The notes: generated by a model from the sequence alone, not told the origin. 36,972 nt of DNA from Dehalococcoidia bacterium UBA6627 (GCA_002455955.1 DKLZ01000062.1:1-36972); one strand, 5' to 3'; shown: positions 1-9,644, counted from the first letter of the stretch. Program-made: numbers and translations.

Positions 1-1187
1 GGCGAGACATGTACGTCAGTCGGATGAAGCAGCTTCTAGATACAGTCTGGGACGAAGACGAGTTACTCAGGAGTGTTGACGCACTAGCAGCCGTCGTCCA
101 GCAGCATGCTCTACCCAAAAACAAAGCAGGAGCCGCTGTTGATGCCGAACGAGTGCGTCAGTTCATTCTGAAGCGACGAGCCGAGATCCTGGAAGACCTC
201 ATGCCGGTTCCCCCAGCGTGGCCAACCCCCGAGTTCCAACCAGAGCAGCGCGAAGCAGAAGACATCTCGGAAGATGAGTACGGCACGTTAACAGTTCATT
301 TCGAGACCAACTGGGAAAGTGTCGAGAATGAGAACGTGTTCGAACAAGGAAAGGTTTCCTTTCTTGAGATAGACGGAGAAGAGATAAATCCCGACCAACT
401 AACCCTGGGAGTACTTGCCGGATATGCAGACAAAGAGGAGCAGGCCCTTCTCCCAAATATCAAAGCCGCCACCATCGTTTTCCTCAGCATGGAGGAGGAC
501 TATTCCGTATCAGGGTTCAGCCTTGTCCTGCCTATTGCTGACCTAACCGACGGCACCACACTTATCTTCGGCAGGGACCAGATCGCTGGAGGCGTATGGT
601 GGATTCCTGTTGAGAGCCCAACACCCACCGACTTTATTCCCTTCAGAGAAGGCCAGCTTCAGCTGGTAGAGGCGAGTACGAGCGGGGGGGGGACCATCTC
701 AGGCACCTTTTCCGCCTCCTGGGGAAATCCCCCAGATGCCCCCCCTCCTGCCCAGTCGCAAGAAGCAGAGGCTAGTACAGAGGTCAGTCTTTTAGGTCTC
801 GTGATCAACGAGATCGCTGCCCAGGGGGAACCCTTGGATTGGTTCGAACTCCACAACTCTTCCGACTCTTACCTAGCCCTCGCAAACTTCGTCATGGCAG
901 ACGACCTCTCAGATCCCGAGAAGCGAGTAGCCTTTCCTGATGACTTGTTACTTCCTCCGGGCGGATACCTTCGAATTGAACTGGATAAGGATGGCTGGCC
1001 CGGTTTCGCTCTAGGTAGAGACGAGGAGCTGGGAATCTGGACAACCGATGGAACTCTCGTAGCCCAAGTGGACTGGGAGAAGGGGCAAGCCGATGAGGGT
1101 ACTAGCTACGCACGAGTCCCAGACGTAACCGGTAACTTCCAGACCGTAAGCAATCCCACTCCAGGGAGCGCAAATCAGGCCGACTAG
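1..1187 (+). CDS. CotH-family-like protein, C-terminal part, with lamin tail domain (probably 5'-truncated)
   Basis: C-terminal LVINEIAAQG..DWFELHN..G.YLRIE..F.L...EELGI..SYARVPD..PTPGSAN matches the lamin-tail domain pattern. N-terminal YVSRMKQLLDTVWDEDEL resembles the end of a CotH kinase domain. The frame is open to the window edge. Confidence 0.65.
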   Translation, partial: RDMYVSRMKQLLDTVWDEDELLRSVDALAAVVQQHALPKNKAGAAVDAERVRQFILKRRAEILEDLMPVPPAWPTPEFQPEQREAEDISEDEYGTLTVHFETNWESVENENVFEQGKVSFLEIDGEEINPDQLTLGVLAGYADKEEQALLPNIKAATIVFLSMEEDYSVSGFSLVLPIADLTDGTTLIFGRDQIAGGVWWIPVESPTPTDFIPFREGQLQLVEASTSGGGTISGTFSASWGNPPDAPPPAQSQEAEASTEVSLLGLVINEIAAQGEPLDWFELHNSSDSYLALANFVMADDLSDPEKRVAFPDDLLLPPGGYLRIELDKDGWPGFALGRDEELGIWTTDGTLVAQVDWEKGQADEGTSYARVPDVTGNFQTVSNPTPGSANQAD

Positions 1188-1218
1188 TAAGACTCCTCAG
1201 ATATACCAGAACCCAAGG

Positions 1219-1294
1219 TGGTGGAGCTGGGGGGATTCGAACCCCCTACCTTTTGACTGCCAGTCAAACGCTCTCCCAATTGAGCTACAGCCCC
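1219..1294 (-). tRNA. tRNA-Ala (GGC)
   Basis: Reverse complement GGGGCTGTAGCTCAATTGGGAGAGCGTTTGACTGGCAGTCAAAAGGTAGGGGGTTCGAATCCCCCCAGCTCCACCA: 76 nt, anticodon stem TTTGA/TCAAA with loop CTGGCAG, GTTCGAAT T-loop, G3:U70 Ala determinant, encoded CCA. Confidence 0.98.
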
Positions 1295-1475
1295 ACATCG
1301 GAGGCCCGATCGTAGCAGGCGATTTGCTCTCGGTCCCGCATCGCCAACCACCCTAGTAGCTAACACGAATCTAGGAGGGGCATGGCAAGCCAGCGAGCAC
1401 GCGGGTAAACTGAGCAGTGGTGGGGTGTCGACCATTCTCGCGTCGATTGCCTTGGTGTGTTGCAAGGAGCACTTG

Positions 1476-1898
1476 ATGCGAGCAGAGACCGGCGATGTCG
1501 CCTTCCGACTGCTTCTCGCCCTTGGCGAGAGTTGGGATGCCCTCCAGCGAGCGTCGATAGACCCGTCCTCAAAAGGACTCTATCTAACAAAAGAGTATCT
1601 CGGGGGATACACCCGCTTCAGCGCGGGCCCTTCGACAAGCCCTCGATTGATAGTCGAATGGAATGAATCAACTCGTCATCTGCGAGTGCTTCGTTGCCAT
1701 GATTGGCCAGGTTTCGAAGCAGTAGTTTCAAGCACCGTGGCCTATGTTCGCGATGAGGCGCGCGAACAGGGAATTATCGACAGTGTTGATGACGTGTTGG
1801 TCAGGGCTTGCGAGGAACCCACATTGCCAGCAAGGCGCACAGTGCTCCCCGGAGCAATGGAAGAACCTGATGTTGAGCCAGTGCGAAAGCGTGCCTAA
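1476..1898 (+). CDS. hypothetical protein (about 140 aa)
   Basis: ORF 1425..1898; SD AAGGAG precedes TTG 1473 / ATG 1476. No family recognised. Confidence 0.7.
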   Translation: MRAETGDVAFRLLLALGESWDALQRASIDPSSKGLYLTKEYLGGYTRFSAGPSTSPRLIVEWNESTRHLRVLRCHDWPGFEAVVSSTVAYVRDEAREQGIIDSVDDVLVRACEEPTLPARRTVLPGAMEEPDVEPVRKRA

Positions 1899-1949
1899 AG
1901 GCCCTTCGTCAACCGCTATTCTCCAAGTTTTCCAAAGTAACTAATTTAG

Positions 1950-3749
1950 CTAACGCATTATCTCTGGATCATCGGGTGTCTCAGCGAGTCGGGAAGCACG
2001 TCGGGGATTAACTCCCGTGCGACGACGCCAGTGAATGAACCTATCAGCAAGATCAGCCAAGCGCCTTTCGATACGGCCAAACACCCATGAGTGAGTCTTT
2101 CCAGTGTTTCGATAGCGATCGCGACGACGATTAAGGCGGCGCCTAGGACGCTCACTCTGAATTGCAGTTAACGCTCGCACAACTGAGCGACGAAGCAGTA
2201 ACGAAGCCTCATCATGATTCGTGTGAGCACCATCTCCTGGCTCAGGAACCACTGTATCGACGATACCCAGACGGAGGCAGTCATTGGAGGTAAGCCGCAA
2301 GCGTTCCGCTACCTCGTCCACATGCGCAGCCTCGCCGTAGAGACGCCGCGCGGCATCCTCAGGAGAAACAACTTCATATACAGCGTTCTCGAGCATAAGC
2401 AGTCGATCGGCAACCCCCATCGCCACGGCCGCCTCAGAGGCTCCCTCCCCTGTAATCACAGCTACAGACGGGGACTGAAGACGAAGCATATCCCGCATAC
2501 ATCGGGCAATCGCATTTCCTAGGCCATCCTCCTCAGCTACCAGATCAGGCCTGGCACCGTCCGAATCAAGAAGCGTAATGAGGGGAAGCTTAAACTTTTG
2601 GGCCAGACGAATCGCCCGCCTGGCTTTGTGAAAGCCCGCTGGACCGATAGCACCCGGACCAGCGATACCCTGAAGCCGATTCTGACCAATAAGCATTACA
2701 GCTTCTCCTCCAAGAAGGCCTATACCGGCACTAACTGAGGAGTCATCTTCTCCACTACGGTCACCGTGGATTTCTATGAAGGTTGTCGTCATTCGGCGGA
2801 TAAAATCAGGTGCAGTAGGGCGGTTTTCGTGCCGCGAAAGCTGCACCTGTGTCCAGGCTTCAAGATGTGAGTACTCTCTGGGTTCACTCTCTGGTCGACC
2901 TACTGACCGCAGCTCGTAATTGCTCATTAGCAAGTCAACGAGAAGACCCAGAGAAGGTCGCAAATCTTCTCTCTTTACGATGGCATCAATAAGACCACGC
3001 CTGAGGTGAGCCTCCGAAGTATGCGCGTCTTCTGGGAGTTCCTCCCCCATCTTTTCACGCATCTTGCGCAGTGCTGAATAGCCAACCAGTGCATTCGGTT
3101 CGGCAATAATGAAATCCGCGAGATTGGCAAGGCCAGCAAATGCAGATCCCGTCGATGGGTCCGTGAGAAGAGTCACATGAGGAAGACCCCGCTCAGCTAG
3201 CTTTTGATGAGCTGTCGCAAGGCGAGGAAGCTGCATTAGCGCCAGCAGACCTTCCCGCATACGAACGCCTGAGGTTGAAACCACAGTGACGACCGCGATA
3301 CCGCGCCTAGCAGCATGCTCAAAGGCCCGGGCTAGGCGTTCCCCACTGGCAACTCCGATAGAGCCACCTAGAAAGCTAAAGTCCAGCGCAGCAACCATGA
3401 CCTCGCGGCCGTAGAGAGTGCCGGTTCCAGTGAGCGCCGCCTCAGCTAGACCTGTGCGGCGCTGAGCTTCCAACACGCGGTGCCGATAGGACTGCCGCTC
3501 GCGAAACTGGATGGGGTCAAGAGCTGTAACGCTGCGGTCCATCTCTCTGAAGCTCACAGGGTCGAGGATGCTGGCAACGCGTTGTCGGGCATTCAGATGA
3601 TAGTAGTGACCACAGGCCCCGCAGATACGGTGACGCTCATAACTTTGGGAATCAGTTAGGTCGGAGTCACAGTCAAGGCATCGCTCCAACCGCTCCTCCT
3701 CAGAAGGGTCTTCAGGGCCATCAAGACGAAGGAGGCCACGAAGGGTCAT
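1950..3749 (-). CDS. accD: fused acetyl-CoA carboxylase carboxyltransferase beta/alpha subunits (AccD-AccA), divergent
   Basis: N-terminal C4 zinc finger (CLDC...CGACG), DFSFLGGSIG, RMREGLLALMQ, IIAEPNALVG (AccD); then AWTQVQLSRHENRP, FIEIHGDR, GFHKARR, VVSPE, GIVDTVVPEP (AccA). Start placed at ATG 3749, just after the ftsK stop. Confidence 0.88.
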   Translation of the reverse strand: MTLRGLLRLDGPEDPSEEERLERCLDCDSDLTDSQSYERHRICGACGHYYHLNARQRVASILDPVSFREMDRSVTALDPIQFRERQSYRHRVLEAQRRTGLAEAALTGTGTLYGREVMVAALDFSFLGGSIGVASGERLARAFEHAARRGIAVVTVVSTSGVRMREGLLALMQLPRLATAHQKLAERGLPHVTLLTDPSTGSAFAGLANLADFIIAEPNALVGYSALRKMREKMGEELPEDAHTSEAHLRRGLIDAIVKREDLRPSLGLLVDLLMSNYELRSVGRPESEPREYSHLEAWTQVQLSRHENRPTAPDFIRRMTTTFIEIHGDRSGEDDSSVSAGIGLLGGEAVMLIGQNRLQGIAGPGAIGPAGFHKARRAIRLAQKFKLPLITLLDSDGARPDLVAEEDGLGNAIARCMRDMLRLQSPSVAVITGEGASEAAVAMGVADRLLMLENAVYEVVSPEDAARRLYGEAAHVDEVAERLRLTSNDCLRLGIVDTVVPEPGDGAHTNHDEASLLLRRSVVRALTAIQSERPRRRLNRRRDRYRNTGKTHSWVFGRIERRLADLADRFIHWRRRTGVNPRRASRLAETPDDPEIMR

Positions 3750-3762
3750 GACTTTGAGTCTA

Positions 3763-6207
3763 TCAAGCGTCTTCCCCAGCGGCTGTTCCAACAAGCACCT
3801 CGCGGGACTCACCTTCAAGCCTTGGCCCAACAACACCTTCCCGTTCAAGTGCCACTATTAATCGTTCAGCCTTTAAGAATCCAACATTTAGCCGTCGTTG
3901 AAGAAGCGACGGAGATAGACGTTTGTGACGGGCTGCAAGGTCACGTGCATCTTCGAGAAGAGGGTCATCTTCTTCGACTTCAAAGTCATCGCTCCCATTT
4001 TGTGAGATAAGTGCCTCTTCCAACAGCCCGTCGGAATTTTCGGGGCGTAGAGCGTGGAAGCGCTCATCGGCCCAGAATTCCACGAGTCGTTCAACTTCAG
4101 CATCCGATACGTAGACCCCCTGTATGCGCTTAGGTTTTCCCGCATCAGTGGGGAGATACAGCATGTCCCCTTGCCCAAGCAGCTTTTCTGCACCGCCCAT
4201 GTCCAGAATGGTCCGCGAATCTGTAATCGATGTAACAGCAAAAGCGATCCGGGTAGGGAAGTTGGCTTTTATAAGTCCTGTAACAACATCTACCGAGGGC
4301 CGTTGGGTCGCTACAACAAGATGAATACCTGTAGCTCGCGCCAACTGTGCCAAACGACACAGCAGCTTCTCCACTTCAAAGGGTGCCACCATCATTAGAT
4401 CGGCAAGCTCGTCAATGATTAGAACCCAATAAGGAAGTTTCTTGAGCACCCGGGCATGGCGGTTATAGGCCTCAATATTGCGAACTCCGACATCAGAGAA
4501 TTTGCGGTAACGCGCTTCCATCTCAGCGACCACTGCTTGAAGCGTGCCTACGACCTTGTCGAGGTCGACAATGACCTCACTGAATGCCAGGTGGGGAAGG
4601 CGTCCATAGGTAGTCATTTCAACCCTTTTAGGATCGATCATGATGAAACGCACTTCATCAGGCGTTGCATTGGTGATGATGTTTGTGACGATGGCATTTA
4701 GGCAAACGCTCTTGCCACTACCGGTGGCACCCGCAATTAGGAGATGCGGCATCTTTGCTAGGTTCGCAACGACGGGAACCCCCGAAACCCCCTTTCCCAG
4801 AGAAATAGCAAGCTTTGAGCTCCCGCTAGTTTCACGGTACTGCTCGCTCTCCATGACCGTTCGCAGAGTTACTACGGAAGCAACCTCGTTAGGCACCTCA
4901 ATACCCACGATGGCCCGGCCCGGTACAGGAGCCTCAATACGAAGACTAGGTGCAGCCAGGGCAAGGGCGAGATCACTCTGTAGAGCAGTGATCTTATTCA
5001 CCCGTACGCGGGTCCGTCCCGTTTCGACTCTCTCCTTGGCTGGACGGCCATCCGATCCCATCACTGGCTTACCATCGCCGTCCTTGACAGGAATGTCTTT
5101 GTAACGAATCTCCCAACCTGGTTCGACACCGAACTGGGTTACTGACGGCCCTTCATTAATCTCAACAACCGAAGCGTCGACCCCGAAGCTAGCGAGAGTG
5201 TCCACAATAAGCTGGGCACGCGCGGCGTTGTCATGCTTATGGTCACTGCTGAGCTTAGGCTCCTGGAGCAGCTCAATAGGAGGTAACTGCCAACCACTTT
5301 TATCTTCAAAAGCAAGTTGTTTCGGCTCCTCCTCAGCATCAGGCTCCGGAGGGTGTTCAGGTTCTTCGTCCATTACACCAACGGCTACGGATTCGTTTGT
5401 TGCTGTCGTTTCATCCTTTACAGGTAACGGAGTAGCGGGGATAGGCATCATCCCGGCGTCCTCGTGAGGAGCGCCCGGCGCCACGCGAGGACGGAAAACG
5501 ATAGGCCCCGGCTCAAATTGGACGGGGACACCAGCTCCACCTATTACCGGGTCATCCGAACGAGCTCTGCGCCAACGGAAGAAACGGAGGAAACGGAACA
5601 AACGGACCGTTTCGTTTAAACCCCTCCAAATCCCCGAGAGGGCACGGTGGGGCCATCGCTCAGCCCAAGCATGAGCGAGACCGCGACCCACATATCGCAC
5701 GACAAATTTGGCAAATCTCGGAGCAAGGAGACTAAGCGCGAAGATTCCAGAGGCTAGCCAAACGAGTACGCCCACCCAATTGCTCACGATAGCGTGACCA
5801 ATATTGCCACCAAGCGTAACTGTGCCGAGTTGAACCCCAGCCACGGACCAATCAGCAGAATTCAGACCGAGGGCTCCCCAAGTAAAAACTCCAAGGAAGG
5901 CGTATCCCGCACAGCGCCGGCAAAAGCGCAACCATTCATCGTTTTCGTGGCGCCATAAGGTAATTGCCCAAGCAACCAACACCAATGCCACAGCACCAAG
6001 CCCAAAACCAAAGGTCTCTAATAACCAGGTGCGAACATCTTTTGCAAATCCAGCAATGTCAAAAAACCAAGGAAGTGCCGCAGCCGCGGTCGCCAAAAGT
6101 AGAACGACTACAATTTGCGCGCGGAAAACACGGGACTCCGGGAGGCCGAACCGAGGCCTCTCCTGATTACGCCCGGACGCAGACCGGGCTCGCGTGCGAG
6201 CCGCCAT
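3763..6207 (-). CDS. ftsK: DNA translocase FtsK/SpoIIIE
   Basis: N-terminal TM helices; MPHLLIAGATGSGKS Walker A, IIDELADLMM Walker B, ATQRPSVDVVTGLIKAN, GAEKLLGQGDML; C-terminal gamma domain SLLQRRLNVG. Confidence 0.97.
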   Translation of the reverse strand: MAARTRARSASGRNQERPRFGLPESRVFRAQIVVVLLLATAAAALPWFFDIAGFAKDVRTWLLETFGFGLGAVALVLVAWAITLWRHENDEWLRFCRRCAGYAFLGVFTWGALGLNSADWSVAGVQLGTVTLGGNIGHAIVSNWVGVLVWLASGIFALSLLAPRFAKFVVRYVGRGLAHAWAERWPHRALSGIWRGLNETVRLFRFLRFFRWRRARSDDPVIGGAGVPVQFEPGPIVFRPRVAPGAPHEDAGMMPIPATPLPVKDETTATNESVAVGVMDEEPEHPPEPDAEEEPKQLAFEDKSGWQLPPIELLQEPKLSSDHKHDNAARAQLIVDTLASFGVDASVVEINEGPSVTQFGVEPGWEIRYKDIPVKDGDGKPVMGSDGRPAKERVETGRTRVRVNKITALQSDLALALAAPSLRIEAPVPGRAIVGIEVPNEVASVVTLRTVMESEQYRETSGSSKLAISLGKGVSGVPVVANLAKMPHLLIAGATGSGKSVCLNAIVTNIITNATPDEVRFIMIDPKRVEMTTYGRLPHLAFSEVIVDLDKVVGTLQAVVAEMEARYRKFSDVGVRNIEAYNRHARVLKKLPYWVLIIDELADLMMVAPFEVEKLLCRLAQLARATGIHLVVATQRPSVDVVTGLIKANFPTRIAFAVTSITDSRTILDMGGAEKLLGQGDMLYLPTDAGKPKRIQGVYVSDAEVERLVEFWADERFHALRPENSDGLLEEALISQNGSDDFEVEEDDPLLEDARDLAARHKRLSPSLLQRRLNVGFLKAERLIVALEREGVVGPRLEGESREVLVGTAAGEDA

Positions 6208-6269
6208 ACGGACGATACCCCGACGCGGACGAACTCCCCACCGGCACTGCTCTAGTCAAAGGTTCTCGA

Positions 6270-7922
6270 CTACACCTCGACCGTCACGGGCAGCACCATC
6301 GGCCGTCGTCTCGTCTCATCGTACAAGAACTTGCCCAAAGCGTCCTTCATGCCGGCATTAACCGCACCAATAGGATCGGTTTTCTCCCACCCCTTTAGGA
6401 CTTCCTCCGCAACACGGGCTGCTCGGTCCAAAAGGTCGCCACTTTCCTCTATATCAACGAATCCCCGAGAAAGAACCTTGGCGGGACGGGCCAAAAGCCC
6501 TGTCTGCGCATCAACAGTGAGAATCGCTATTACCACACCGTCAGTCGAAAGACTGGCTCTGTCACGCAAGATGCTTTCGCCAACATCACCAACACCAAGT
6601 CCATCGATATAAACCAAGTCGGCATCAACACGCCCAGCAAGGCGGGCCTCTTCCTGATCTATTTCAAGCACATCGCCATCGGTGAGGACAAAAGCATTAC
6701 CAGCGGGTACACCAACTCGCTCAGCCAGGCGAGCATGTGTAACTAAATGACGATATTCACCGTGGATAGGAACGAAGTATTCAGGTTGAAGAATGCTCTG
6801 AATGATCTTGAGTTCGTCCTGACTGGCATGCCCTCGAACGTGCACATTTTCAACACGGTTATAGAGGACACTCGCTCCCTGTCGAAAAAGGTTGTCGACG
6901 TTACGGGCGACAGCCTGTTCATTACCAGGAATCGGTGTTGCAGAAAGAACAACAGTATCCCCCTCTGCAATAGTAATGTGCCGGTGTGTCCCATTAGCCA
7001 TGCGCGTAAGCGCACTGGTGGGTTCGCCCTGGCTGCCAGTAGTAATGATTGCCAAGTGGGACGAGGGAGTCTTCCTCATCTCCTCGACATTGATGATTGT
7101 GCCCTCAGGTGCTTCTAGATAACCAAGTTGTCGAGCCATTGCGACGTTATCAATCATTGAACGGCCCGTTACGAACACCTTGCGACCCGTGAAGACAGCT
7201 GCATCCACCACTTGCTGCGCCCTTGAAATAAGGGAAGCAAATGTTGCGACCACAACACGTCCTTCGGCATTCACCATGATGTTGCGGAGGGAGTCACCCA
7301 CAATCTGCTCACTAGGGGTGTGGCCCTCTATCTCTGCGTAGGTGGAATCAGCAAGAAGAAGGAGACAGCCTTCACTCCCGATCTGACCGAGTCGCATTAG
7401 ATCTGTGTGCTGATCCATAACTGGTGTGTGGTCAAGTTTGAAATCACCTGTGTGAACAACAGTCCCAAGAGGAGTTCGGATAATGAGACCGCACGCATCA
7501 GGGATGCTGTGAGCAACCGGAAAGAATTCGACCTGAAAAGCGCCTGCTTCCACACTCTCGCCGGGTTGAACTTCCTGCAATACCTCCGTCGGGAGCTTGT
7601 GATCCTGAAGCTTTACGCGGACTAGGCCCTGAGTAAGCCGAGTGCCATAAATTGGGACACTAAAGTCCCGGCAAAAATACGGAATGGCGCCCACATGATC
7701 CTCATGTCCATGGGTAAGAAACACACCACGCAATTTCTCACTGTTCTCTTCTAGGTAAGAAAAATCTGGGATAACAAGGTCAACGCCGAGCATCTCCTCC
7801 TCAGGAAACATGAGTCCCACATCAACAACAATGATGTCGTCGCCATACTCGAACAGCATCATATTTCGCCCTATTTCCCCCAGGCCGCCAAGAGGGATTA
7901 CACGCAACGAGTTTTGAGTCAT
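6270..7922 (-). CDS. rnj: ribonuclease J
   Basis: VIPLGGLGEIGRNM, THGHEDHVG metallo-beta-lactamase motif, HTGDFK, TGSQGEP, HVRGHAS, RRPMVLP. An alternative TTG start lies at 7934. Confidence 0.96.
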   Translation of the reverse strand: MTQNSLRVIPLGGLGEIGRNMMLFEYGDDIIVVDVGLMFPEEEMLGVDLVIPDFSYLEENSEKLRGVFLTHGHEDHVGAIPYFCRDFSVPIYGTRLTQGLVRVKLQDHKLPTEVLQEVQPGESVEAGAFQVEFFPVAHSIPDACGLIIRTPLGTVVHTGDFKLDHTPVMDQHTDLMRLGQIGSEGCLLLLADSTYAEIEGHTPSEQIVGDSLRNIMVNAEGRVVVATFASLISRAQQVVDAAVFTGRKVFVTGRSMIDNVAMARQLGYLEAPEGTIINVEEMRKTPSSHLAIITTGSQGEPTSALTRMANGTHRHITIAEGDTVVLSATPIPGNEQAVARNVDNLFRQGASVLYNRVENVHVRGHASQDELKIIQSILQPEYFVPIHGEYRHLVTHARLAERVGVPAGNAFVLTDGDVLEIDQEEARLAGRVDADLVYIDGLGVGDVGESILRDRASLSTDGVVIAILTVDAQTGLLARPAKVLSRGFVDIEESGDLLDRAARVAEEVLKGWEKTDPIGAVNAGMKDALGKFLYDETRRRPMVLPVTVEV

Positions 7923-7926
7923 AGAG

Positions 7927-8556
7927 CTACTCAAACAGCTTCATCTGTTGGACACCAGACGCCTCGGTGGACAATTTGGGTTCGTCAACGTCAGTTGCTC
8001 CGACATGCTCCAAAAGATCGGGCAGAGTTCGAAAATCATCGATGATGACACCTCGTAGTCGTCGCTGATGCAGGGCAGCTGCCGGATGGTACATGGGAAC
8101 GACGATGCGCCCATTAACATCGCGGGGTTGGCCATGTATTCGAGAAATAGTTTGCTTAGCAAAGAAGCGAGACATCGAGAAACGTCCCAAGGTAACGATA
8201 ATGCGAGGATCTATCAGCCGAATCTGGGCACTCAGGTAATCACTGCAAGCCTCAATCTCAGAAGGAAGTGGATCTCGATTACCAGGAGGACGACACTTGA
8301 GAACATTGCAAATGTAGACCTCTTCGCGAGTGAGTTTGGCCTCAGCCAAAAGCTCCTCTAGAAAAGACCCTGCTTGACCTACAAAAGGAAGCCCCTGGCG
8401 GTCCTCGTTCACACCAGGCGCCTCTCCAATCAACATCACCTCAGCACTAAGAGGGCCCTCGCCTGGAACAGCGTGTGTGCGAGTTTGAGCTAGTGTGCAC
8501 CGCAAACAACCCTGAACTTCTGAGCGGAGCTGCTCTAATTCCTGGCCCACCGTCAT
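7927..8556 (-). CDS. uracil-DNA glycosylase family 4 (Fe-S)
   Basis: [42 protein letters not shown] 8556 overlaps the tatC stop (ATGA). Confidence 0.94.
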   Translation of the reverse strand: MTVGQELEQLRSEVQGCLRCTLAQTRTHAVPGEGPLSAEVMLIGEAPGVNEDRQGLPFVGQAGSFLEELLAEAKLTREEVYICNVLKCRPPGNRDPLPSEIEACSDYLSAQIRLIDPRIIVTLGRFSMSRFFAKQTISRIHGQPRDVNGRIVVPMYHPAAALHQRRLRGVIIDDFRTLPDLLEHVGATDVDEPKLSTEASGVQQMKLFE

Positions 8557-9644
8557 GCGAGAGTTTCCTCCGACTCTCCTCGAGGTTTGTATAGGAACTT
8601 CGCAAAGAGCACGCCGAGGAAATAGAGCCCCAAGAGCGGTACTGCCACTACCGATTGGGTAAGGGGATCCGGGGTAGGAGTGGCAATCGCAGCAAGCAAA
8701 AAGACCAGGACAATTGCGTATCGCCAAAACCGTAAAAGCTGCCCTGCCGACACGAGGCCCACTCTGGCAGAGATCGCGAGGACCATAGGCAATTGGTAGG
8801 CGATCCCAACCCAGAGAATAATTCGGGTGACGAAGCTGATGTACTCATGGATACCAGTAACATTTTCGACGTTTTCAGCAGCAACCCCCAGTAGGAAGTC
8901 GAGGGCTCTAGGTAGTACCACGTAATAGGCGAAAGCCATGCCTGCAAGCATGAAAACAGCTGAACCCAAAATTCCTAAAAGCAACGTGCGCTTCTCGCTG
9001 GACTTGAGACCGGGCACGATAAAAGCAAGTGCCTGATAGATGATTATCGGCATCGCCAGGAGTAGGCCGGCATAGATAGAGATCTTGAAAATTGCTGAAA
9101 TACGGTCGGTAGGAGAGAAAGATGCAAGACGGAAGTCCTCTTCACTCTTCCCTCCCAGATAATCAACCGCATCTTGAACGGTGACGATATCAATCAGGTC
9201 CCCGTATGGCACTTCAGGGGTGCTCAGCCCACTGGACGCCCGGCGCAGTACCTTATGCAAGATATCTTCGATCTGGCCATCAGTGAGCCCAAGCCCCTTG
9301 GGGCGATCGCCTCGAAATTCTGTTTCGGCCGGGATCGCACCAGGAGTGGGATTCTGCTCGTGAACCTCATATGCAGTGACTTCCCGTACGAGGTCCAGGT
9401 CAACATCGATACGATCTCGGGCTGGCGCAAGAAGAATATCGAACGTGTTTGGCAAAGAAGACGGGGGGTCCCACGTAAAGAAGAGGGCAACTATCACCCC
9501 AAGAATTAGCGCCGCAGAAGCAATAACGATGCGATTCCGTAGCTCAATGAGGTGCTCCATGATCGTGAGATCGGAGCCGTCCTCCTGCTCTATAGCCCCA
9601 TCGGGCCCATCATCGGCGTTGGCGGAAGTACTCTCGCTGACCAT
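8553..9644 (-). CDS. tatC: twin-arginine translocase subunit TatC with an approximately 90-aa insertion
   Basis: EHLIELRNR, YQALAFIVPGL..EKR, FAYYVVLP, TPTPDPLTQ and a six-TM pattern. Extra segment at about residues 80-168. Confidence 0.95.
   Translation of the reverse strand: MVSESTSANADDGPDGAIEQEDGSDLTIMEHLIELRNRIVIASAALILGVIVALFFTWDPPSSLPNTFDILLAPARDRIDVDLDLVREVTAYEVHEQNPTPGAIPAETEFRGDRPKGLGLTDGQIEDILHKVLRRASSGLSTPEVPYGDLIDIVTVQDAVDYLGGKSEEDFRLASFSPTDRISAIFKISIYAGLLLAMPIIIYQALAFIVPGLKSSEKRTLLLGILGSAVFMLAGMAFAYYVVLPRALDFLLGVAAENVENVTGIHEYISFVTRIILWVGIAYQLPMVLAISARVGLVSAGQLLRFWRYAIVLVFLLAAIATPTPDPLTQSVVAVPLLGLYFLGVLFAKFLYKPRGESEETLA

Noticed and set aside
1184-1465. 93-aa minus-strand ORF
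   Set aside because: It runs through tRNA-Ala; the peptide GAVAQLGERL is a translated tRNA.
8557-8727. N-terminal extensions in the ORF track (udg here; also accD, yceD, zinc-ribbon protein, hisZ, purS)
   Set aside because: They overlap upstream genes or promoter regions; internal starts with an SD or stop-start coupling fit better.
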